IMG/VR virus record: IMGVR_UViG_3300029818_000080
Span: 1-45,230 of that record
Length of the DNA stretch: 45,230 nt
From: a virus
Taxonomy: Duplodnaviria; Caudoviricetes
Direction: 5' to 3' (one strand)
The translations under genes were made by a program, and so were the position numbers. Under the pieces are notes generated by a model that worked only from the letters and a program-made list of their open reading frames with translations, searched no databases and had not been told where the DNA came from. Below, in pieces: positions 8,979-16,465 of the stretch; position 1 is the first letter of the stretch, and each line of letters opens with the position of its first letter.

Positions 8979-9488
8979 ATGGAATTGCTAGAATATTTAG
9001 ATAGGGCTATCACGATCACAGCCTTAGTTGCGCTGTGCTTGTCTCTGCTAACCATTAATAAACTGCCTTCAGTTTTTTTTGCTGGATGCGGCTTTCTTCT
9101 GGTGCAGCTGACAAGTTATTTCATGATAGTTTTCGTCCGTGATCTTGGTAAGTTTGTACCTGAACATGCTGATTTAGTTCGCGTCGTTTGGTACTTTGGC
9201 TTTGCCTTTTTTAACTTACTTTATGTTGTGGTGATATATCGAATTCACCGAGCAATGCAGGCGCGGTTTGATTTCGGAGCGAGATTCATATGTAGCAGCA
9301 TGTTCTGTTTGGCAATAATTCAAGTATTGAGGTTTACGGACAGGCACCTGGAAATCAATGTATTAGGTGAGTTTTATAAATATTCCATCCCGGCCATTAA
9401 CGTGGCCTGTGTAACGGTTCTGGTCGGCGGTTTGGTTCTGGCTTCACTGTCAACGAGAGGCTTTACTGGTGTTAGGGAGCTAAGATGA
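8979..9488 (+). CDS. Multi-pass membrane protein (~5 TM)
   Basis: SD GAGG before ATG 8979; about five hydrophobic segments; no soluble domain. Confidence 0.85.
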   Translation: MELLEYLDRAITITALVALCLSLLTINKLPSVFFAGCGFLLVQLTSYFMIVFVRDLGKFVPEHADLVRVVWYFGFAFFNLLYVVVIYRIHRAMQARFDFGARFICSSMFCLAIIQVLRFTDRHLEINVLGEFYKYSIPAINVACVTVLVGGLVLASLSTRGFTGVRELR

Positions 9489-9811
9489 TTATAACTATTT
9501 TTTCATTGGGGCTATTGATACTGTTTTGCTATACATTCGCCACTGTTTTACGCAGCTACAAAAACGAACTCGACGGTAACAGCAGGGCAGCAGCAGCGGA
9601 AAAGGCAATGGCCGCACGATTTATCAAGAATGCAATGTCACAATACACCGCGCGGCACCGTACACCTTCGATGGATGCTTTAACGGAAATGGAAGAACTT
9701 ATATCTGAGTCAGACGATCTCGTTGAGCAATACTGGCAGTTACTTAAGGCCAATCAGACTACTAATAATGATAATGTATCAATGATGCCCATAATGAAAA
9801 AGGCGCTTTAG
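9485..9811 (+). CDS. Small protein with N-terminal TM anchor and helical soluble domain
   Basis: ATGA overlap with upstream gene; MIITIFSLGLLILFCYTFATVL hydrophobic N-terminus. Confidence 0.8.
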   Translation: MIITIFSLGLLILFCYTFATVLRSYKNELDGNSRAAAAEKAMAARFIKNAMSQYTARHRTPSMDALTEMEELISESDDLVEQYWQLLKANQTTNNDNVSMMPIMKKAL

Positions 9812-9822
9812 GCGCCTTTTTT
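9797..9822. terminator. Bidirectional intrinsic terminator overlapping two convergent stop codons
   Basis: AAAAAGGCGC-TTTAG-GCGCCTTTTTT. Confidence 0.75.
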
Positions 9823-10272
9823 CTGAACATCATCTACGGCCGGCGTTTCACTCTCTCCTGGTTCCATCCCATATTCTTCCAGCAGTTTTGTATAAAACAG
9901 ATCGCCTATAATGTTGAGGCTCACATCAGGGCGCTTTACGCCAATCCAACCCATACTAACTGCCAATCTAAAGGCTTTGGTAATTGCAGCTAAGTGTTGG
10001 TTTTTAAATTCTTCTGTTTTTAGTGCATCCCGGACATCAATAGCAGAATCGGCAGACTCAGGACCGACACCGAACTGTAAATAGTTGGGAGTAGTATTCA
10101 GTTCGTTGGCTATTTTTCTCAGACGATTATGCCTCGGGACTGTTTTGCCCGATTCCCACTGCTGCACGCTCTGGCAAGTAACACCAACCAAGTCGCCAAG
10201 CCCTTCCTGACTTAAATCAAGCTGCTCACGTAGCGACTTTATGCGTTGACCAATCAAGTTATTTTCTTCCAT
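9808..10272 (-). CDS. cI: CI-like repressor (XRE HTH), no S24 peptidase domain
   Basis: IGQRIKSLREQLDLSQEGLGDLVGVTCQSVQQWESGKTVP HTH; divergent from cro; start set at ATG 10272 because the longer ORF runs through the operators. Confidence 0.88.
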   Translation of the reverse strand: MEENNLIGQRIKSLREQLDLSQEGLGDLVGVTCQSVQQWESGKTVPRHNRLRKIANELNTTPNYLQFGVGPESADSAIDVRDALKTEEFKNQHLAAITKAFRLAVSMGWIGVKRPDVSLNIIGDLFYTKLLEEYGMEPGESETPAVDDVQKKGA

Positions 10273-10283
10273 TCTCAAATTGT

Positions 10284-10375
10284 ACAAGCGTTTCTTTATG
10301 GTAGCATCACAAGAATAGCTTGTAAAACTAAGTTTTATGATCAAGAATAACTATAGGATACCAAGTTTAACTAGT
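10284..10375. promoter_or_regulatory. Right operators (OR)
   Basis: ACAAGCGTTTCTTTA (10284-10298), ACAAGAATAGCTTGT (10309-10323), weaker TCAAGAATAACTATA (10341-10355), CCAAGTTTAACTAGT (10361-10375). Confidence 0.78.
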
Positions 10376-10386
10376 AAGGCGTTTTA

Positions 10387-10626
10387 ATGACTGAGCATGA
10401 TACCAACACCGCCGGATCACTTCGACAGTTGCTACGACCGTTCTTGCCGCAAGCGAAGTTTGCTGAAAATATTGGGGTAACTCAGCAAACAATTTCGCTT
10501 TGGTTGAAAGCCGGCAAAGTTCCCCCTAACAAAGTAGGGCTCGTGAGCCTGAAAACCGGGTTGCCTAAACACACTCTAAATCCCGATTTCGCGGCCGGTG
10601 ATGTTGGAGTTGAGCAGAATGCTTAG
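10387..10626 (+). CDS. cro: Cro-like regulator
   Basis: QAKFAENIGVTQQTISLWLKAGKVP HTH, LNPD ending; divergent from cI. Confidence 0.88.
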   Translation: MTEHDTNTAGSLRQLLRPFLPQAKFAENIGVTQQTISLWLKAGKVPPNKVGLVSLKTGLPKHTLNPDFAAGDVGVEQNA

Positions 10627-10870
10627 CCCACAAATCTCATATAGCGCCTGCAGCGCAAACTTTCTTTGCGACTTAAGCAATGGTTGGTTACTTGGCGGCA
10701 GCCTGGCGTGGATATTTTTAATCACACTGTTTTTTAAGCCCAAAGATGGGCTAAAGCGCGGCCCACTTGAAAAGCTGTTTTCACTGGTGTTTGTCACCGC
10801 TTTTTTATGGCTTGGCGCGTATGTGCCGTTTTTGTTTCTGGCGCTTGGCGCCTGGATAAGGTGGCTGTAA
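10619..10870 (+). CDS. Small membrane protein (2 TM)
   Basis: ATG overlapping cro 3' end; two hydrophobic stretches. Confidence 0.55.
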   Translation: MLSPQISYSACSANFLCDLSNGWLLGGSLAWIFLITLFFKPKDGLKRGPLEKLFSLVFVTAFLWLGAYVPFLFLALGAWIRWL

Positions 10871-10886
10871 TGGTGCTAAGTAAAGG

Positions 10887-11186
10887 CTACCCAGCAACCC
10901 GCCTGTCGGATAACAAATGCATTAGCCTTTGTGTTTCTGCATGTGCCGTGGCCGCACATTGCATTAGCTCAATTCCATCAATGGAAAAAAACATTTCATC
11001 TACCGTTAGTGACAGAGAGTGTAGCAGTTCTTGCGAATTCTCAGCTGCGAGGTCATCTGTAGCCACCGCTGCTGATTCCAGTAGTAGCTTAATTGCTGAG
11101 TACGCAGCGGCTGGTGTTTCGTGTCCATGTGTCCAGGCGCCTAACATGTCGTCAATTTTTACAATGGTTTGCTGTGCTCTGTTCAA
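10887..11186 (-). CDS. Hypothetical helical protein, counter-oriented
   Basis: TTG start with SD AAGGA; protein-like composition, unlike the Ser/Cys-rich overlapping + ORF. Confidence 0.6.
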   Translation of the reverse strand: MNRAQQTIVKIDDMLGAWTHGHETPAAAYSAIKLLLESAAVATDDLAAENSQELLHSLSLTVDEMFFSIDGIELMQCAATAHAETQRLMHLLSDRRVAG

Positions 11187-11295
11187 CGCGTGTTCCTTTC
11201 GGTTGTTTGTGCCTATTAATGGTAGTGCTTTTTCTAAAACAAGGCAATTAAAAGGTCATTTGCATTTTCTAAAAATTAACAAAGTAGCAGCATTG

Positions 11296-11783
11296 AGTAG
11301 TGTATTGGGTTGGTGTTCAGGTGGCAGCGTTGCGCTGGCGCTGGACAGATGGATGGAGTGGTTATGAGTAAACAACTTAGCGAGATAAACGCTGCTCTGC
11401 AAGGCTACCGCGTGTTGTTGTCGGCTTATATGAATCCAGGCCAAGCTAAATGGCGTAAAGCGGCAGAGCTGGTAACTCTTAGCTTTCAAATTGAGAAGCT
11501 GGCGCTAGATCTGGATGAAGGGGTTAAGCAAATAGCCGGCATAATTCATATTGCAGGTGCACAGCAAAAGCTACAGCAGGCTTACAACCTGGTAAATGAA
11601 GTATCGCAAGCCTGTGAAAATGATTTGTCTCTTGCTGTTGCTGGCTGTGAAGCCTTGAGAGACTTATCTAAATTTCAGAAATTACTTTCCGAATCCTTGG
11701 TTTAAACACAGACGCTTTAAAAGCCACCCCGGTTGTGGCGCCGGTGGAAACCGGCAGTTTTAGTAGTGTATTGGGTTGGTGTT
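11296..11783 (+). repeat. 22-bp exact direct repeat AGTAGTGTATTGGGTTGGTGTT
   Basis: Copies at 11296-11317 and 11762-11783. Confidence 0.9.
11364..11705 (+). CDS. Hypothetical helical protein
   Basis: SD GGAG before ATG 11364; 113 aa. Confidence 0.7.
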   Translation: MSKQLSEINAALQGYRVLLSAYMNPGQAKWRKAAELVTLSFQIEKLALDLDEGVKQIAGIIHIAGAQQKLQQAYNLVNEVSQACENDLSLAVAGCEALRDLSKFQKLLSESLV

Positions 11784-11975
11784 TGTAAATGTGTGCTTGG
11801 GTTGAGCGCGGTGCGCCGGAACTGATCAGCCGGAAACACGCCGATATCAAACACCAACGCCAATGCGCTGCAGTAAGGCGCAGAAAAGCAACATGGGTGT
11901 TGTTTTGTGTTGACGCCGTGAAAGAACGGGCTGGCCTTTGCCTCTGGGGTTCTGGGGGATGCAACAAAGGCCAGC
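11718..11975 (+). ncRNA. Candidate structured RNA region
   Basis: Consecutive stems, including GCCGGT-GGAA-ACCGGC, 11763-11784 pairing with 11849-11871 through G-U pairs, and an 11-bp stem 11930-11940/11965-11975. Confidence 0.5.
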
Positions 11976-12069
11976 AGCTTAACAGGCGGATATTTTGCGC
12001 TAACGGATCTGCCGTCGCATTTGGAACAGCTCGTCTTTGTGTTTATAGCGAGAGTAGTGAGTTGCGGTC

Positions 12070-12393
12070 TTGAGAGCTGTTATACACAAAGCCGAAACGA
12101 ACGCGACAACCATAGATAGGATTTTCAACGGATCAATATCAGCAGGTAAAAAGAACGCCATGAAAATAGCTGACCACAGCAACGAAAAGAAAGCCGGCCA
12201 AAGCTTAAAAACTGCCGCGAAAAGAAACCACCGCTTGCGGAAGATCAGAAGACTTTGCGAAGTTTTGGTTTTTGCTAACTGTTTTTTAGTGACTTTTATC
12301 ACAGATGATACCGCGCTTTTGTTGTTGATTATTTTTCAGATAGTGCTGGCAGTTATTACCTGTCGGTTATTAAAGCACGAATATAGCAATTAA
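12070..12393 (+). CDS. Possible small membrane protein (start uncertain, maybe 12160)
   Basis: Hydrophobic C-terminus; competes with antisense ORF 12000-12302. Confidence 0.4.
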   Translation: MRAVIHKAETNATTIDRIFNGSISAGKKNAMKIADHSNEKKAGQSLKTAAKRNHRLRKIRRLCEVLVFANCFLVTFITDDTALLLLIIFQIVLAVITCRLLKHEYSN

Positions 12394-12440
12394 GTCTCGT
12401 TGCCTTATTCGACTGTTAATTGATGCAGTTACCAGCCGAA

Positions 12441-12599
12441 TGCGGTGAAGCCTGTAGCCAGGCAGTGTGATAAGCGCGAAAGCGTGTCGTACCGGTTAAG
12501 GTGCGTTGGTTGGCATGATGCCGGCCGGATGGGCCAATTTGCCCTGGCGTGTAAGGCACACCCGACGGGGCAGCCAGTGGTAGCGTACTGGCCACCGCA
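12441..12599 (+). ncRNA. Candidate multibranch structured RNA
   Basis: Closing stem TGCGGTG/CACCGCA enclosing at least five hairpins, including a GAAA tetraloop; many G-U pairs on the + strand. Confidence 0.55.
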
Positions 12600-12605
12600 G
12601 ATAAA

Positions 12606-12633
12606 TAAAAGCCCCGCTTGATGAGGGCGGGGC
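12606..12633 (-). terminator. GC-rich hairpin, terminator-like on minus strand
   Basis: TAAAA-GCCCCGC-N9-GCGGGGC. Confidence 0.5.
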
Positions 12634-12759
12634 AGTACAACGGACATTTAAGGATGAATGTCATTTAAAAATATAGTGCGCCTGGTTGGTTTTGCAAGGC
12701 GCAAAAGAAAGCCCGCTGGATCAGAGCGGGCCGGTCATAAACTTAAAATAGGTAAGCAA

Positions 12760-13740
12760 ATGACAGCCAATAATTTAGTTGATTTTAACGCTGTACGCAA
12801 CAGGGGGCCGCATGTGATTGCCGATACTGATGATGGTTTTACGCGCACGGCCAATGCCATTCAGGATCAGCTTTGTCAGCTTGATATTTCTGGTAGCCAA
12901 TTTCAGGTATTAAACGCCATTATTCGCAGCACCTACGGCTATAACAAAAAACAGGACAGGGTTACAAATACGTACCTGGTTGAGCTTACCGGCATAAGCG
13001 AAAAAGCCGTGCGTGATGCCTTGCAGGTACTAACCGACCGCAACATTATAACCTGCGAAAAAAGCGGCATTATGAAGTTGGTGGCCGTGAATAAGGTAGT
13101 AAGCGAATGGGTGATAAAGACCAGTAAAGCCGCGAATATGCGCAAGGGGGCGGAGCAAATGCACCGACGGAGCAAATGCACCAACAATACGGAGCAAATG
13201 CTCCAACAAGGTGGAGCAAATGCACCGGAAGAACGGAGCAAATGCACCAGCACCAAAGACAACCTACCAAAGACAACTAACCAAAGACAAAGTATTACGT
13301 CGCCGCCTTCGGACGACGACACCGCTTTAAAAAATGATGCGGCCATTCAAAAAGGTAAGAACTGGGGTACTGCTGAAGATTTGGATGTTGCCAACCAAAT
13401 GGCTGCCATTTTGAAAACCACCCTGGGTGAACATTTCCGCCAGCCAGCCTTGGCAACCTGGGCTAACGAAATTCGGATAATGCGAACGCAAGAGCGGCGA
13501 GTTCCCCGGCATATGGTTTCGCTGTTTGCGCTGGCTCATACCGATAAATTTTGGAAAACCACCATTCACAGCCCGGCAGCGCTGCGCAAGAGCTGGGGCA
13601 AGCTGGCGGTAATGCATTCTGAGCGTAAAAACAGCGGCCTGAATAACTCGCAAACCGGAATTAGCCTTGGCGCCAATGGCCAACCGTTAACTGCTGCTGA
13701 TATGGCCCAGCTGGCGCGTGAACATGGGGGGATGAACTGA
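12760..13740 (+). CDS. Replication initiator, lambda O-like
   Basis: ADTDDGFTRTAN...VLNAIIRSTYGYNKKQDRV N-terminal O domain; internal iterons; DKFWKTTIHSPAALRKSW C-terminus. Confidence 0.93.
   Translation: MTANNLVDFNAVRNRGPHVIADTDDGFTRTANAIQDQLCQLDISGSQFQVLNAIIRSTYGYNKKQDRVTNTYLVELTGISEKAVRDALQVLTDRNIITCEKSGIMKLVAVNKVVSEWVIKTSKAANMRKGAEQMHRRSKCTNNTEQMLQQGGANAPEERSKCTSTKDNLPKTTNQRQSITSPPSDDDTALKNDAAIQKGKNWGTAEDLDVANQMAAILKTTLGEHFRQPALATWANEIRIMRTQERRVPRHMVSLFALAHTDKFWKTTIHSPAALRKSWGKLAVMHSERKNSGLNNSQTGISLGANGQPLTAADMAQLAREHGGMN
13152..13290 (+). repeat. Replication origin iterons
   Basis: GGAGCAAATGC(A/T)CC x5 at 13152, 13169, 13191, 13213, 13235; then ACCAAAGACAA x3 at 13252, 13266, 13280. 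Confidence 0.9.
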
Positions 13741-14486
13741 TGCTTAAAAATACACTGGCAGCACTGCCTAAAAGCATTCTGGACAAGGTAGATAAGCTGG
13801 CGCCACGTAAGGCGTTTGATCCGCAGCATTACGACGAATTTAAGCAGCGCGAAGAGCGGGCCGAGTTTCACCGCCAACAGGCGCAAATAGCGCGGGAGCG
13901 TAACGAGCGCTTTATACGCCACTTAATGGACCGCAGCGGCGTGCAGGAAATTTACCTTACTGCCACCCTGGAAAACTACGTAATTAGCCACGACGGCCAG
14001 CAAGCCGCAGTTGATAAATGCCGCCGTTACCTGGCCGAATTTGGCCAGATACTATCTAAGCGCAACATGATGTTTTGCGGCACTACCGGTACAGGTAAAA
14101 ACCATATGGCCAGTGCCATTTGTAATGCCCTTATTGCCAGCGGGAAAAGCGCGGTAGTGGCCACTGCCCTTGAACTGCAGATGAAGATTCGCGCCGCCCG
14201 CCGCCATGACAGCCCGTTAACTGAAGATAAAGTGATCAGTAGCTTTGCTAGTTTTGACTTGCTTGTGTTGGATGAAATAGAGCTGGGCAGCACGCAGGAC
14301 TATGACGGCAAGCTTATTAATACCGTAATTGATAAACGTGTTACGGGTGGTAAGGGCACCATTTTGCTAAGCAATTTGAGTGCTGAAGAGTTAATGGCTC
14401 ACCTGGGCGAGCGCATTGTAAGCCGCCTGGTACCAAGCAATTATTTGGTGGAATGCAAATGGCCGGATTACAGAACCCGCCGCTAA
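13740..14486 (+). CDS. DnaC/IstB-like AAA+ helicase loader
   Basis: Walker A GTTGTGKNH, Walker B LLVLDE, TILLSNL, LGERIVSRL. Confidence 0.92.
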   Translation: MLKNTLAALPKSILDKVDKLAPRKAFDPQHYDEFKQREERAEFHRQQAQIARERNERFIRHLMDRSGVQEIYLTATLENYVISHDGQQAAVDKCRRYLAEFGQILSKRNMMFCGTTGTGKNHMASAICNALIASGKSAVVATALELQMKIRAARRHDSPLTEDKVISSFASFDLLVLDEIELGSTQDYDGKLINTVIDKRVTGGKGTILLSNLSAEELMAHLGERIVSRLVPSNYLVECKWPDYRTRR

Positions 14487-14710
14487 ACGGTGATTACAAC
14501 CTGTGCACCCGCAGCCGCGAATAACAGGACTATGCCGCTGCTAAAACGCTGGCGCATTTTTGGTTGCATCAAAAACGTAACGGGCAAATGACGCGGCTGG
14601 ATATTAACAAACGGCTGAACGAAATGAGCCAAACCCAGCGCGAACTGCACCGCCAGGCGCTTAACGATGCGATAGCACAATTAAAAGAAGGTAAAACCAA
14701 TGCCGCATAA
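14459..14710 (+). pseudogene. Small phage gene with an internal TAA
   Basis: 84-codon frame filling the gap and overlapping both neighbours; single stop at codon 22 (14522-14524). Confidence 0.55.
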
Positions 14711-14909
14711 ACAGGAAGTGCAATACCACATTCAGGAAGCCATTAACCACCTGCGTAAAGCTGGTGGCATTACGCTGCATGAAGCGCCAAAGGATCCGCA
14801 AACTGAATTTAGGCCGGCAGAGCTTGCGGGCAATGAATTGCTTGTTATTGCTGATCACCTTGAAAACGTTAAGGCCTTTGCTGCTAAACCGATAGTGATG
14901 GGGCCTTGA
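14700..14909 (+). CDS. Hypothetical protein
   Basis: 69 aa; SD AAGG; TGATG overlap with next gene. Confidence 0.7.
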   Translation: MPHKQEVQYHIQEAINHLRKAGGITLHEAPKDPQTEFRPAELAGNELLVIADHLENVKAFAAKPIVMGP

Positions 14910-16105
14910 TGAAAAGCGTAGCACTGGTGATATCTGACGCTGCTATTACACGCCACTCTGCTGATGTGGAAGTGGGTGAGCTGCGCGATCATAAATCTCC
15001 GATTGTGCTGCGCTTTCATAAAGCCCGTGATAAGGGCACCTGGTATCTGGTGCAATACAAACGCAGAGATAAAAAGCGGCACCGTTTAGGTTACTGGCCA
15101 GTGCTGAAGACCAAAGATGTGCAGAGCATTGTGCCTGACATGCTGAAAAAGCTGGGTACCGGTGCTGAGGTGCAAAGCAGCCAGTTTGTAACGGTAGGCC
15201 AGATGCTGCAATGGTATTTAGGCCGGATACAACGCGAAGCGGTTAAAAGTGCCAGCCGGCGTAAAGGGGTGGTTAGTGCGATTAAGCGCCACTTGCTGCC
15301 GCTATTGGGCTCTGTGGCTATTGCTGCACTGGATAAGGCGGTTATAGACGATAAGTTGATGTTACCGCTGCAAGCTGAAGGCCTGCAGCCCTCTACCATT
15401 CGGTTGTACTACTCGGTGCTTAAGCGTGCCTTTGCCAGTGCCAGTGAACTGGGGCTGGTTGCATTAAACCCTATGGCCGGGATGAAGTTTAGGGACCATA
15501 TACAAAAACAGATTATACCCAAGCCGGGCAAGCTGCTGGTAAGTGACGCTGGCCGTGCACAGCACCTGATATCACCACTGCTTCAGCCTGTTAAAGGCTT
15601 GCTGCTGTTTATGCTGATGTTTGCTACCCGTATTGGTGAAACCCGCCAATTACGCTGGGAATATGTGGATTTCGACGCCAGGCAAATAACGATACCCGGC
15701 AAACTAACGAAAACCGGCGCGCCACACATTCTGCCCATTACAGATGATGCAAAACCCATACTGCAAGAGCTGATGCAGCTTTATACGGGCGCTTGGGTGT
15801 TCGGCCAGACTGATTGCCCCAGTGAAAGTGAAGCCGACAAGCTGATCCGCAACGCCAGCAAAGGCAAGTTCAGCGCACACGATTTACGAAAATTCGCCCG
15901 CAGCAGCTGGGCCACGATTGGTATTGATTACTGGGTATCAGAGCGTCTGCTTAACCACAAGCAAAAAGGACTGGATGCCGTGTACATAAAAGCGGATGCA
16001 TTGGACGTTAAACATGCGGCATTAACGCAGTACCACCACTGGTTAAAAGAACGTTTTGCGTGCAGGCACCATGCAGGCATTGAGAATAATCAGGGTGCAG
16101 CGTAA
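14909..16105 (+). CDS. Tyrosine recombinase/integrase (internal, second copy)
   Basis: Arm-binding-like N-terminus; ATRIGE (R), LTKTG (K), HDLRK, LLNHK, AVYIK (Y) all intact. Confidence 0.92.
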   Translation: MKSVALVISDAAITRHSADVEVGELRDHKSPIVLRFHKARDKGTWYLVQYKRRDKKRHRLGYWPVLKTKDVQSIVPDMLKKLGTGAEVQSSQFVTVGQMLQWYLGRIQREAVKSASRRKGVVSAIKRHLLPLLGSVAIAALDKAVIDDKLMLPLQAEGLQPSTIRLYYSVLKRAFASASELGLVALNPMAGMKFRDHIQKQIIPKPGKLLVSDAGRAQHLISPLLQPVKGLLLFMLMFATRIGETRQLRWEYVDFDARQITIPGKLTKTGAPHILPITDDAKPILQELMQLYTGAWVFGQTDCPSESEADKLIRNASKGKFSAHDLRKFARSSWATIGIDYWVSERLLNHKQKGLDAVYIKADALDVKHAALTQYHHWLKERFACRHHAGIENNQGAA

Positions 16106-16174
16106 GCCATATATTTAAAGGGCTGTAGCGTAATTGGGAGTTTTACAATATGGAAACCGCAGAAGGGGCTTTTA

Positions 16175-16465
16175 GTGAGATTTAGAACACTTTATTTAGC
16201 TGTTCGCTCTGCGCTTGGCTTGGGTTTTAATGAGCCTTCAGCGCCGATATCTTCATCCAGTCAAAGCGTGGTCCAGATGATGAATATAGCTTACGAAAAC
16301 TGGCTTAGTTACTTTGCCGAGCACTGCCATATTCCTGAATCGCTTTGGGGTACTGATGGCGTGATCATGGCCAGACCCCGCTATGGCAAGTCAGTGCCTT
16401 ATCTAAAAGGTATCGAGTATGGTTTTTATGTGCCGCCTTTATCAGAGTGGGGTGATTTATGCTAA
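16175..16465 (+). CDS. Hypothetical protein
   Basis: 96 aa, GTG start after AGGGG. Confidence 0.5.
   Translation: MRFRTLYLAVRSALGLGFNEPSAPISSSSQSVVQMMNIAYENWLSYFAEHCHIPESLWGTDGVIMARPRYGKSVPYLKGIEYGFYVPPLSEWGDLC

Noticed and set aside
8693-9811. Classical RiPP or bacteriocin cluster
   Set aside because: No modifying enzyme, peptidase or ABC transporter nearby, and no double-glycine leader.
10273-10344. N-terminal extension of the cI ORF
   Set aside because: It runs through the operator/promoter region; ATG 10272 directly precedes the HTH.
10807-11367. 186-aa + strand ORF
   Set aside because: Ser/Cys-rich shadow of the minus-strand gene, which has an SD.
12441-12599. tRNA gene
   Set aside because: Too long, with no T-loop GTTC motif or cloverleaf spacing.
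13152-13290. CRISPR-like repeat array
   Set aside because: 14-bp repeats with 3-8 bp gaps inside the O gene are origin iterons; no cas genes.
8625-16090. 13-bp match CATTGAGAATAAT at 8625 and 16078
   Set aside because: Several 13-bp matches are expected by chance in 45 kb.
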